A stretch of 64,000 nucleotides of DNA from Nitrospirota bacterium (GTDB lineage Bacteria > Nitrospirota > UBA9217). How positions within the stretch are numbered: the first letter of the stretch is position 1; the number at the start of each line of letters is the position of its first letter. Positions 43,461 to 52,166 of this stretch are shown here, in pieces. The translations under genes and the position numbers were made by a program. The DNA is taken from NCBI GenBank assembly GCA_963741205.1, contig CAVUHW010000028.1:33526-97525 (forward strand). The letters are read 5' to 3'. Under the pieces are notes generated by a model. It saw only the letters and a program-made list of their open reading frames with translations, had not been told where the DNA came from and did no database searches.

Positions 43461-43488
43461 TTGACAACCGCCCATGCAGCGATATATT
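43461..43488 (+). promoter_or_regulatory. possible sigma70-type promoter TTGACA-16-TATATT
   Basis: TTGACAaccgcccatgcagcgaTATATT lies about 45 nt upstream of the ATG at 43533, which has AAAGGAGG 8 nt upstream. Confidence 0.35.
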
Positions 43489-43532
43489 TGAATCAAGAAG
43501 ATTCCTGAGCAATATGAAAGGAGGCGATAATT

Positions 43533-44057
43533 ATGAAAAAAATTCTTTCCGTTGTTCTGGGAATGGGGCTCGTTCTTTCACTTGGAATGGCTTATGCGGA
43601 AGAAGGCACGGGTGGAATCGTGTATCCGAGCGAAAAGATGATCCGTGATGAGGATCTTCCCCGTTACAACCTCGATCAAGATCGATCAACGATTAATCAG
43701 ATTCCTGCAGAACCCGGTGCGGAAGGATCGGCTGCCGGGGGGATCAACAGGGAACCGGAGAGTACAGGTACTGATATCGAGCAGAATAAAGCGCCTGTCG
43801 AAAAAGTTCCCGTAGCACCCGGGGAAGAAGGAAGCAGGTGCGGGAGGAGAAAGAAAGGCTCCGGAAGGATACAGATATTAAAAAAGGTTTACCACCCTGG
43901 CGAACAGGAGCAGGCATACACGTCATGTCCGGGACACGGAAGTTCGCAGTTGAGTCCCAGGCGACTCCTTAAAAAAAAGCCCCGCTGCGCTAATGCGAGC
44001 GGGGCTGTATCGTTCGGGGAAGAGCGAGGCCCCTCCCTTATCCGGTTGTTCATTTGA
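43533..44057 (+). CDS. small secreted protein of unknown function (3' end/frame uncertain)
   Basis: Signal peptide MKKILSVVLGMGLVLSLGMAYA with the repeated motif PGAEGSAAGG / PGEEGS. The tracked ORF reads through a terminator hairpin. An alternative frame after about 43836 gives AGAGGERKAPEGYRY and a stop near 43880. Confidence 0.4.
   Translation: MKKILSVVLGMGLVLSLGMAYAEEGTGGIVYPSEKMIRDEDLPRYNLDQDRSTINQIPAEPGAEGSAAGGINREPESTGTDIEQNKAPVEKVPVAPGEEGSRCGRRKKGSGRIQILKKVYHPGEQEQAYTSCPGHGSSQLSPRRLLKKKPRCANASGAVSFGEERGPSLIRLFI
43971..44006 (-). terminator. Rho-independent terminator (bidirectional hairpin; U-tract on the minus strand)
   Basis: AAAAAAAAGCCCCGCT-gcgctaatgcg-AGCGGGGCT. On the minus strand the hairpin is followed by T8. 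It lies downstream of the gene at 44103..44651. Confidence 0.75.
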
Positions 44058-44102
44058 TAGGTTGGGGGATAAGCTGTTACTTTTCAACGAGCCGCATATC
44101 GT

Positions 44103-44651
44103 TTAATGCGCACCTTGATGCATCATGCCGCAGCCGCCGGGGCCGGCCGCGAGAATTTCCTTTAATTTTTTCCTCTGTTCGGGGGTGAGCAGCGCTTTGA
44201 CCTCTTCATGCGCCTTGACGTGAGTAAGGAACATGTCTGTCTTGAGGGCCTCATTCTTTTTCGCCGAGGCCTCGACGGCCTTCATGTCAACGGGCTCCTT
44301 TTCGAGGAGGTCCTGAAGTTCGACATGGGCGATTATTATGTCCGCTCTCTTTTTTACCATGTCCTTGATGGTTTTCGTATGGAGAGCTTTTAGCGCTTCC
44401 TTCTGTTTATCATCCAGGTTGAGTTCCATAAAGTGTTTCCACATGGGATGGTCTTCGCCCATCATGTCGTCGCCGTGCATGCCGCCCATTCCATGCATCA
44501 TACCCTGGTGCCCCATTCCCTCCATCATCATGCCGCCGTGCATTCCTCCGCCCGCTTTTTCCATGCAGCCGCACATCTGCGCATCCGCATTCAAGGCCGC
44601 GACCGCGATAAAGATGAAACCACCAATGATACTAACCAGACTTTTTCTCAT
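44103..44651 (-). CDS. periplasmic Spy/CpxP/ZraP-family (LTXXQ) protein with Met/His/Gly-rich N-terminal region
   Basis: Signal peptide MRKSLVSIIGGFIFIAVAALNADA, then MCGCMEKAGGGMHGGMMMEGMGHQGMMHGMGGMHGDDMMGEDHPMW, helical LDDKQKEALKALHTKTIKDM... and LTPEQRKKLKEIL. Confidence 0.7.
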   Translation of the reverse strand: MRKSLVSIIGGFIFIAVAALNADAQMCGCMEKAGGGMHGGMMMEGMGHQGMMHGMGGMHGDDMMGEDHPMWKHFMELNLDDKQKEALKALHTKTIKDMVKKRADIIIAHVELQDLLEKEPVDMKAVEASAKKNEALKTDMFLTHVKAHEEVKALLTPEQRKKLKEILAAGPGGCGMMHQGAH

Positions 44652-44723
44652 ACCTGCACCTCCCTGTTGATTTTTTTAAATATGATTAATGGTAGCAGAG
44701 GGGGAGAGCGATTTCAACTCTTG

Positions 44724-44762
44724 AACCTGAAAAAGTCAGAAACCTACTGCCTTTTTCAGGTT
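44724..44762. terminator. 12-bp perfect inverted repeat AACCTGAAAAAG / CTTTTTCAGGTT
   Basis: It lies between the EamA stop (44799) and the Spy-like start (44651). There is no clear U-tract, so it could be a terminator or an operator. Confidence 0.35.
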
Positions 44763-44798
44763 TAATGACTTGTATGAAAGCGTCCCTTCCCGAGCGTC

Positions 44799-45677
44799 TC
44801 AGGCAAAAACCGCGATCAGGACAAACCCGGAGAACATCAGCACGGCGCCGAGTAAACGCTCACGAATGTTCCTTTCACCGAAGAGCAGGAAGCCATAAAG
44901 CACGCCGAAGAGGAGGCTCGTGCGTTTGACCGCGATCATGTAGGCAACGTTCGCCATGCTGATGGCATAATAATGAGACACCGTCGCCGTTGCGTCGAAC
45001 AGCGCCGGCAGCAGAGCGATCCGGACATTGCTCCGGAGAAGATCGAAAAACCGTCCTTTTCCGCTCCTGCGGGCGATAATCGGGAGCATGCAGATCGCCA
45101 GCGCCAGAAAGTATGTCGCCCCGAAAAAGGGCGCAGACGAGTGGTCCACCCCGATCTTTCCAAGAGCTGACGTCAGGCCGTAGATGAGCGCGATGATCAG
45201 CATGAAGAGCGACCCGCGCTCGCGCGCGATTGCGCGGAACGGTTCGAGGAACCCGGCGCGCAGGGCCGACAGGTTCAGCGTATACCCGCCCAGGCCGATC
45301 AGCGCGATGCCGGCCCCGCCCATGGCTGATACGCCCTGGCCCACGAGCACGAAGGAGATGACGATCAGAAAAACGGGAGTGACCGAGAGAAAGGGAAGCG
45401 AAAGGCTGAGCGGCGATATCCGGAGCGCCTTGTAGTAAAGCAGGAGGGCGCCCAGCTCCAGCGGCAGGGCGGCGAAAAAGGCCGCGAAGAACGCGCCGTC
45501 AACCTTCGGAAGCGGTCCGGAGAGCGCCGCTGCCGCAATGAGCGCAGGCAGGGCAAAGACAATCCGGAACCAGGCGATGACATACTCGTTCTCATGGGTT
45601 ATGACCCGTTTGGTGAGGGCATCGCTCGTGGCAAGGCTGAAGGCGCTGATCAGGGACAGGATGACCCAGGTTTCCAT
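44799..45677 (-). CDS. EamA/DMT-family transporter
   Basis: Likely start METWVILSLISAFSLATSDALTKRV at 45677. About ten hydrophobic segments and two EamA-like halves. Confidence 0.8.
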   Translation of the reverse strand: METWVILSLISAFSLATSDALTKRVITHENEYVIAWFRIVFALPALIAAAALSGPLPKVDGAFFAAFFAALPLELGALLLYYKALRISPLSLSLPFLSVTPVFLIVISFVLVGQGVSAMGGAGIALIGLGGYTLNLSALRAGFLEPFRAIARERGSLFMLIIALIYGLTSALGKIGVDHSSAPFFGATYFLALAICMLPIIARRSGKGRFFDLLRSNVRIALLPALFDATATVSHYYAISMANVAYMIAVKRTSLLFGVLYGFLLFGERNIRERLLGAVLMFSGFVLIAVFA

Positions 45678-45687
45678 AACGATTCGT

Positions 45688-46437
45688 TCATTGCATGCCG
45701 CGCCGGTTCCATACCTGAATGGCTGAACCTCGTTGATAAAGCTCGCGCCATATTTCGGACGATTTCTTCTCGAAGATCGAGCCTGCATCGGCGCTCATGA
45801 CGATCCAGTCTCCTTTCGAAAGCTCCCAATCAAGCTGCCGCGCCATCCATCCCGCATATCCGGCATACAGCCGCAACTCTCTGTCCGTCTTGTGCGAGCG
45901 GATCATGTGCTCCAGGGTGCCCATGCTGGCACTGACGTAAACATTTCCGAACACGCGGCCCGACTCTTCCGGCTTTTCCCCGGACCGTATGAGCATCAGC
46001 ATCCGATGGCCCTCAACGGGTCCGCCATAGTAGACGACGCCGGCCCGATCCTTGAGGCCCGGCACTGACGGGAGCACCTCGGCAAGGGGCACCTTCGTGG
46101 GCCGGTTGATGATGAGGCCTGCCGCGCCTTCAGCGCTGTAATCGATGAGCAGGACAACGGTCTCCTCGAACCGGGGATCAACCATATTAGGGCTGGCAAC
46201 GAGAAATTTCCCCTTGGCCGGCATGTCATCACTGAAGGGATCCGGCTCAGGCATTGCGGGCGCATTGGGTTTGCTGACAGGCGATAAACCGGTATTCGCC
46301 CGCGCCGGCTCAGTGCCGGCGGAGAAGAGGGCCGAGAAGATGACAATCGCCGCAGCGACGCCAACGGCAATAAACAGCGCCTTTCGCAATGATTGGCTCT
46401 TGAAAGATGTTAGTGACATATTCAAGTACATCCTCAA
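45688..46437 (-). CDS. YqgE/AlgH (UPF0301) family protein with N-terminal hydrophobic segment
   Basis: GKFLVASPNMVDPRFEETVVLLIDYSAEGAAGLIINRP...GVVYYGGPVEGHRMLMLI...LRLYAGYAGWMARQLDWELSKGDWIV, preceded by LRKALFIAVGVAAAIVIFSALFSAG. Confidence 0.8.
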   Translation of the reverse strand: MRMYLNMSLTSFKSQSLRKALFIAVGVAAAIVIFSALFSAGTEPARANTGLSPVSKPNAPAMPEPDPFSDDMPAKGKFLVASPNMVDPRFEETVVLLIDYSAEGAAGLIINRPTKVPLAEVLPSVPGLKDRAGVVYYGGPVEGHRMLMLIRSGEKPEESGRVFGNVYVSASMGTLEHMIRSHKTDRELRLYAGYAGWMARQLDWELSKGDWIVMSADAGSIFEKKSSEIWRELYQRGSAIQVWNRRGMQ

Positions 46438-46528
46438 GCGGCGAGATGACTTCAGCTAAATACACCGTAACAGAAGAAAGCAGTGGTGTCAATGCCCGCG
46501 CGAAAGACCTGAGTTTGAGGCAGGCAAC

Positions 46529-46568
46529 AAAAAAGCCCTTCGCTATGTTTCAGGCAAAGGGCTTTTCA
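46529..46568. terminator. bidirectional Rho-independent terminator
   Basis: AAAAAAGCCCTT-16 nt-AAGGGCTTTTC. On the minus strand the hairpin is followed by TTTTTTG. It lies downstream of the stop at 46611. Confidence 0.7.
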
Positions 46569-46610
46569 ATTGAGGTAAATCAGACGCCGACACGGTCGGC
46601 TCGGTCCCTA

Positions 46611-48941
46611 TTACACGTTCTCCACCATCTCCCACACGCCGCAGGGACAGATGCCCGAGCAGAAGCCGCAGCCGATGCACTTGCTTTCATCCACCACGTA
46701 CTCGAAGGACTTGTTCGGGAGCTTCCTTCTCGTGATGGCGCCGTAGTAGCAGGATTGTTCGCACATGCCGCAGTCGCGGCAGGAGCCGCAGGACATGCAG
46801 CGGTCCGCTTCCTTCTTGGCGGAGAACTTGATGTCGCCGAGGCGGCATACCTCGTAGTACTGGGTCTTAACCCTCTCGTAGGGAATCACGCGCCGCTCTT
46901 CGGGCACGTAGTCGGTGTTCATCAGCTGAGCATTGATAACGTCGGCGGCCACCTTGCCCGCTCCGATGGCATGCGTCACGAGGCCCGGCTTGGTCGCGTC
47001 GCCGATGGCGAAGACCTTCACGTCCGAGGTCTGGCCCAGGTCGTTCACCGACGATGTAGCCGCGCTCCGTATGGATCTCCGCGGGCAGGAAATCGAGCAC
47101 CGGCTTTTCGCCGATGGAGATGATCACCATGTCCGCATCCATCGAGGTGCCGTCCTTGAAGTGGATCTTCTTTGCCTTGGCGTCGTACTTCTCGGTCACC
47201 TTCGGGAACAGGATCTGCGTGCCCTTTTCCGCCGCCATCTGCTGCTCTTTGCCGAAGGATGCGGGCTTCTGAATGTCGACGCAGGTCACGAGCTCCGCGC
47301 CGTGGTCATAGGCCTGGCACGCGATGTCCATGCCCACGTTGCCCGCGCCGATCACGACGACCTTCTTGCCTTTGAGGTTCTTCGGCTTGCCGAAGTTGAT
47401 CTCTTTGAGGTAGTCGATGCCCTTGACCACGTCCTCGTGTCCCGGGAACGGGATCACGCGGCCTTCGTGCGCGCCCACGGCAATGACCACCACGTCGTGG
47501 TGCTTGTAGATGTTTTCGAACTTTTTCCTGTCGACGTTGACCTTGGTATGGACGTTCACGCCGATCTCGGCAAAGCGCGAGAGCTCCTTGTCCAGGATCT
47601 TCTTGGGCAGGCGCTCGCGCGGAATGCACATCTCAAGCTTTCCGCCGATCTTGTCCGATGCCTCGAACAGATCAACGGTATGGCCTTTGAGGCCCAGCTG
47701 CCACGCGGTCGAGAGGCCGCCCGGACCGCCGCCGATAACGGCGACGCTGTGGCCCGTTGATTTCGCCTTCTTCGGGGCCTTGAGGTTAAGGGCTGCAGCG
47801 CCGTATTCCTTGATGTTCAAAGGCTCGTCCACCCTGCCGCGCGTGCAGTCGTGTCATGCAGAGGTTCGGGCAGACCGTGCCGCAGACCGTTGCCGGAAGC
47901 GGGCTGTACTGGAGCACGAGCGCGAGGGCTTCGGCCGTTCTCCCCTGCCGGATAAGCGTCGCGCGCTTGTGCGACGGGATGCGCGAAGGGCAGGCATAGG
48001 CGCAGGGAGGAAGGTACTTGTCGTTCTTCCATTCCGGTTTCCAGCGCCGCTCTTCGCCGGTGGTGATATAGGGAAGGACGCTGCGGTCGTGGGTCAGATA
48101 GGCGCCGAACATGCCGCCCTTGCCCACTTCCTTTTCCCATACGTTCAGGCGGAAATCCGTAAGCCCCATCTTGAGCTTGCCCTTTGCCTTGGCCTTCTCG
48201 GCCGGCGTAAAGGCGATGAGTTTCTTCCAGGCGCTCATGTCCTTCGTGAGTTCTTCGTAGTGGGACATGCGGTCGATGGCCGTAAGGTACGGCTTCATGT
48301 TCGCGGTGAGCCACTCCCAGTCCTGCTCGCGTCAGGTCCACGAGCTTCACATCTGCCTTGCTGTATTCCTTGATCGGGCCGCGGAAATAGATCGTGCCGC
48401 CGACCATGCCCACGCAGGGACGGTAGCCCAGGATGTTCTCGGGATCGCGGGGATTGACGCCGCAGACCACGGCGATGCCTCCTGCCTTGAACTCGGCAAA
48501 GGAGTCGCCCACGCCCCGGAAATACCACGATTCGAGGTCCGGAAACCGGGGGTTCTTCTTGGTCATGGTGTCGCACCGCGCCCCGCCGCCGCCCTGGACA
48601 TAGAGCTTGCCTTGGGCCCCCGCGTTATGCGCGCCGTTCGCCACGTCGCCGAGGACCGTGATGACGGCCCCGCAGTTGAGCCAGCCCGTATCGTCGGATG
48701 ATGAGCCCTTGACCACGATCTCGGTGTTGTCCATGCCCATGCTGCCCACGCGCTGGCCGGCCGTGCCTTCGATGGCCACCTTGACCTTCTCGCCGCGCGG
48801 CCAGATGCGTCCGCCGATGCCGTGCTGGCCGTCGGCGACCACGGTGATGTCTTTGGCCCCGTCCTTAACGGCCTTCTGGAGCTGCTCTTCGAGGTCTTTC
48901 GAAGAGACCCGTTTCCCGTCGATATTGCCTTTGATTATCAT
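46611..48941 (-). CDS. glutamate synthase GXGXG (GltB3-like) domain fused to GltD-like NAD(P)H oxidoreductase and a C-terminal 2x[4Fe-4S] ferredoxin domain; frame breaks
   Basis: ORF 47817..48941 gives ADGQHGIGGRIWPRGEKVKVAIEGTAGQRVGSMGMD...VLGDVANGAHNAGAQGKLYVQGGGGARC. ORF 47786..48298 gives CPSRIPSHKRATLIRQGRTAEALALVLQYSPLPATVCGTVCPNLC. ORF 46867..47832 gives VAVIGGGPGGLSTAWQL...KKVVVIGAGNVGMDIA. ORF 46611..47048 gives VFAIGDA...CMSCGSCRDCGMCEQSC...CIGCGFCSGICPCG. Confidence 0.8.
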
Positions 48942-48959
48942 GTCATCAACCTTTTATTA

Positions 48960-49040
48960 GACGCAGATCTTCGCAGATGTGCGCAGATAGATAACTGATT
49001 CTTTTGATTAATCCGCGTCAATCTGCGTTCATCTGCGGCC
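48960..49040. repeat. hairpin whose arms are three tandem 10-nt CGCAGAT units (CAGATGAAC family)
   Basis: The left arm gacgcagatcttcgcagatgtgcgcagat pairs with the right arm atccgcgtcaatctgcgttcatctgcggcc. The reverse complement of the right arm contains GCAGATGAACGCAGAT, compared with ACAGATGAACACGG at 17979-17991. Confidence 0.7.
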
Positions 49041-50736
49041 AAAATGTTTTAACTTTTCTCTGTGTTCTTCCGCGATTACTTAACACACATACTGAAATCT
49101 GCAGCCGGTCCGCGATCTCCTTGTCGTTGACGCCCAGAGCGTCCGACATGCCGATCGGCAGCTCGGTGCTTCGGCCCAGCGGCGCGAAGATTTTCTTGAG
49201 TTCCACGTCCGCGGCCTTGAACACTTCGACCACCCGCTCCGCCACTTTGTCGGGGTCGAGACGGCGGTAGAGCTTGGGGTCCTGTGTCGTGATGCCGCGC
49301 GGGCACTTGCCGAGGTTGCAGACGTTGCAGCGGTTGTACTCGTCGCCGAAGCAGCCTGCAGCCGCCTGCATGATGTACTTGCCGATGTCCACTGCGGACG
49401 CGCCGAGCATGATCAGGGCCGCCGCGTTCGCGGCGAGGTTGCCGCCCTTGCCCACGCCGCCCGCCGCGATCAGCGGCAGCTCGTTCTGCTTGCCCTGCTT
49501 CACGAGGTCGAGGTAGCAGTCGCGGATATTCGAGGCGATGGGATGCCCCATCTTGTCCATGGAAACGTTGTAGGCCGCGCCCGTGCCGCCGTCCTCGCCG
49601 TCGATGCAAAGCGCCGCGGCGTAAGGGTTGCGGGCAAGGTTGTTCAGCACCGCGCGGGCCGTCTTGGTGCCGGAGATCTTGGGATAGACCGGCACGCGGA
49701 AGCCCCAGGCCATGGACATGGACTGGATCATCTTGGCGACGGCCTCTTCGATGGAGTATTTCGTCTGGTGCGTCGGCGGCGATGCCAGGTCGACGAACTG
49801 CGGCACGCCGCGGATCTTGGCGATCAGGCCCAGGACTTTGTAGGCCTGGAGCAGCCCGCCGTCGCCGGGCTTTGCGCCCTGGCCGTACTTGATCTCGATG
49901 GCGGCGGGGTCCTCGATCATGTCCGGAAGGGCATGGATGATCTCGTCCCAGCCGAAGTAGCCCGACGCGATCTGGAGGATGAAGTATTTGATGTAGCGTG
50001 ATTTCAGGATGCTCGGGGGCATGCCGCCTTCGCCCGAGCACATGACCACGGGCAGGCCTTCCACTTCGTTCAGATAGGTGATGCCCATGGCGAGGCCTTC
50101 CCACATGTGCGGGGAGAGAGCGCCGATGGACATGCTGCCGATGCGGATGGGATAGATCTCGCGCACCGGCGGGATGAAGGTAGCGCCGGAGATGGCCAGC
50201 CTGTCGCCTTCAACCTTGAGCGGAAGCTGCTCCGGCGGAAGGTTCCTGCCCAGAAGCGTCCTGATGCGGAACTCGTGCCGGCCGGCGTCAAGCGCCGGGT
50301 CGGTCAGCATCGAGATGCGCGTGAATTTCAGCTTATCGAGCGTCGAGGTAGACGGATCGTTCCGCCGTCCGCCGCGCATGAAGGGGATGCCGCCCTTGTT
50401 CTTGAAATGGTAGAGCTTGTGCTGGAAATTGTATTCCGGGAAAATGGCGTCCGTGGGGCAGACGAGGGAGCACGTGCCGCAGCCGATGCAGTAACGCTCG
50501 ATCTCCGTTGCCTGGCGCACGACATGGGTCAGCCGCCGTGTAACTTTCGGCTCGGGGCTTGCCCCCTCGGAGGTTACCACCCGCTGGGTATAGACCGCGG
50601 CCTCGATGGCCTTCATGGGGCAGACGGCCGTGCAGCGGCCGCACCGGGTGCAGCGGTCCTCGCGCCACTGGATGATATAGGGAAGCTCTTTTATCGAGAG
50701 CTGATGGTTCTGATCTAACCGTGAAGCTGGTTCCAT
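49018..50736 (-). CDS. glutamate synthase FMN-binding (GltB2-like) subunit with N-terminal 2x[4Fe-4S] domain
   Basis: 572-aa ORF: CTRCGRCTAVCP, CIGCGTCSLVCP, IRIGSMSIGALS, IKYGQGAKPGDGGLL, LASPPTHQ, DGEDGGTGAA, LIAAGGVG. The last 20 or so codons run into the repeat at 48960-49040 and may be over-extended. Confidence 0.88.
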   Translation of the reverse strand: MEPASRLDQNHQLSIKELPYIIQWREDRCTRCGRCTAVCPMKAIEAAVYTQRVVTSEGASPEPKVTRRLTHVVRQATEIERYCIGCGTCSLVCPTDAIFPEYNFQHKLYHFKNKGGIPFMRGGRRNDPSTSTLDKLKFTRISMLTDPALDAGRHEFRIRTLLGRNLPPEQLPLKVEGDRLAISGATFIPPVREIYPIRIGSMSIGALSPHMWEGLAMGITYLNEVEGLPVVMCSGEGGMPPSILKSRYIKYFILQIASGYFGWDEIIHALPDMIEDPAAIEIKYGQGAKPGDGGLLQAYKVLGLIAKIRGVPQFVDLASPPTHQTKYSIEEAVAKMIQSMSMAWGFRVPVYPKISGTKTARAVLNNLARNPYAAALCIDGEDGGTGAAYNVSMDKMGHPIASNIRDCYLDLVKQGKQNELPLIAAGGVGKGGNLAANAAALIMLGASAVDIGKYIMQAAAGCFGDEYNRCNVCNLGKCPRGITTQDPKLYRRLDPDKVAERVVEVFKAADVELKKIFAPLGRSTELPIGMSDALGVNDKEIADRLQISVCVLSNRGRTQRKVKTFWPQMNAD

Positions 50737-51824
50737 ACCTTAACCTCCCGCGCGCCGGGCGCGATGATCACCATGTCGTACTTCATGGGGAAGATGTCCT
50801 TCGTCTTGTCCCGGTCCGGGATTGCGCTGTCCACGCCGCAGACCTCGGACATGAGCGCGTACTTGCCGGGCTTGCCGCCCACCGCGCCGGGCCGGAGCTT
50901 CTTCGAGTCCTGCACCATGAAGACCGTGCCGTCCGGCGTGAACCCGATCACGCAGTTCGGTCCGTCGATGCAGAGCGGGCGAAGAGATTTTTTGAGGAGC
51001 TTGAGCGCCGGCGCGTCGGAGCGGCCGGCGATCTCCGCGTCCTTCATCGGCGTGATGATGTCTTTATAGTAATGGAGCGGGTACCCGAGGGTCCTGTTCG
51101 TGTAGTGCATGATGTGGGTGAAGACCTCGGAGTCCGAATTGTAGCCCATGTAGCCGGGGTTGCCGCGGCCCGTGAGGAACTCGCGGATCGGCACAAAGGC
51201 CGTGTTCTCGCCGTTCGTCATCGTGGCGTAGCCCTGGATGAAGAAGGGATGGCAGGCGTAGAGGTAGATGGCGTAGTTCGTGTTCTGCCTGCCCTGGGCC
51301 AGGACGATCTTTGACTTGAGGCCCGACTTCTCCAGACCGAAGAATTCGCCGAGCTGCAGGGGGTCGCCCACTTCTTTGAGCGTCAGAACGTCGGGATAGA
51401 AGGAGAACACGAAGAGCGACCCGTCCGGCTCGCCCATGCACCGGAGCGAGAGCCTCGTGTGCATCAGGAGGTCTTCCTGTTCCCTTTTCGTCTTGTCCTT
51501 GTACGCAGCGGGATAATCGTAGACCTTCGCGATATAATGCTCGCGACGTTCGACCCCCGCTACGTTCTTGATCGGCGGCTCCCAGGAGAACTTCTCCGTG
51601 AAGCCCTGGGCCTTCATATAGTCTTCGAGCATGGACAGGCCTTTGTTCGAGCAGATGGCGGACAGCGTGGGATACTGCTTATAGTCCGCAAACGGCCCGG
51701 CCATGTCCTTGAGCATGAGCCCGAGGCCCGATCCGTCATGGCCTTCCTTCATGGTCTCGAGCGAATGGATGTTCTCCATGGGAGAAATATAATCGCCCGA
51801 TGTAATTGCACTCAAACGGCACAT
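50715..51824 (-). CDS. class II glutamine amidotransferase (GltB1-like) subunit of glutamate synthase
   Basis: Likely start MCRLSAITSG at 51824 (Cys2 nucleophile), then HDGSGLGLMLKD. The tracked 385-aa ORF is intact (369 aa from the proposed start at 51824) and sits directly upstream of the FMN subunit with overlapping ends. Confidence 0.85.
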   Translation of the reverse strand: MCRLSAITSGDYISPMENIHSLETMKEGHDGSGLGLMLKDMAGPFADYKQYPTLSAICSNKGLSMLEDYMKAQGFTEKFSWEPPIKNVAGVERREHYIAKVYDYPAAYKDKTKREQEDLLMHTRLSLRCMGEPDGSLFVFSFYPDVLTLKEVGDPLQLGEFFGLEKSGLKSKIVLAQGRQNTNYAIYLYACHPFFIQGYATMTNGENTAFVPIREFLTGRGNPGYMGYNSDSEVFTHIMHYTNRTLGYPLHYYKDIITPMKDAEIAGRSDAPALKLLKKSLRPLCIDGPNCVIGFTPDGTVFMVQDSKKLRPGAVGGKPGKYALMSEVCGVDSAIPDRDKTKDIFPMKYDMVIIAPGAREVKVWNQLHG

Positions 51825-51847
51825 GATTAACTCCTCAAAAAAAATCG

Positions 51848-51923
51848 AATAGCGCAGAGCGCATGGCAGCAACCATTCTGATCGCCTGCCATAGACGCTA
51901 CGCCCTATGCTCTATGCGCTTTG
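51848..51923. repeat. ATAGCGCAGAGCGCAT-family intergenic element
   Basis: aatagcgcagagcgcatggcag ... ctgccatagacgctacgccctatgctctatgcgctttg contains ATGGCAG/CTGCCAT and AGCGCAT/ATGCGCT pairings. It shares a 16-mer with 23857-23872. Confidence 0.6.
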
Positions 51924-52010
51924 TGGTATTGATGTATCAGGTCTTTGTTTCCGGCGGGAACACCCTTTTGGTTCGGCTACAAACGACCCTCTAACCTTCG
52001 CTGCGGTGGT

Positions 52011-52039
52011 AAAAAAAGCCCCTCAACAGGGGCTTTTGG
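52011..52039. terminator. orphan terminator-like hairpin between divergent genes
   Basis: AAAAAAAGCCCCT-caaca-AGGGGCTTTTG, with A7 on one side and T4 on the other. No gene ends here on either strand. Confidence 0.5.
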
Positions 52040-52166
52040 GCGCGGGCAAACCACAGCCAAACTTAGATAAAATACACCTGATAGTGCGCTTGTGTCAAGC
52101 CGAAAGTTCTCTGTTATGCCGGAGATAGAGGATTGGCAAAACAGAGAAGTATGTTACAATCCCCTC

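Noticed and set aside
48960-49040. Tandem 10-nt CGCAGAT units considered as a mini CRISPR or other array. The same was considered for the ATTGCGGA units at 25222-25330.
   Set aside because: The units are only 8-10 nt with no spacers, and they occur as two complementary arms. This is hairpin architecture, and no cas genes are present.
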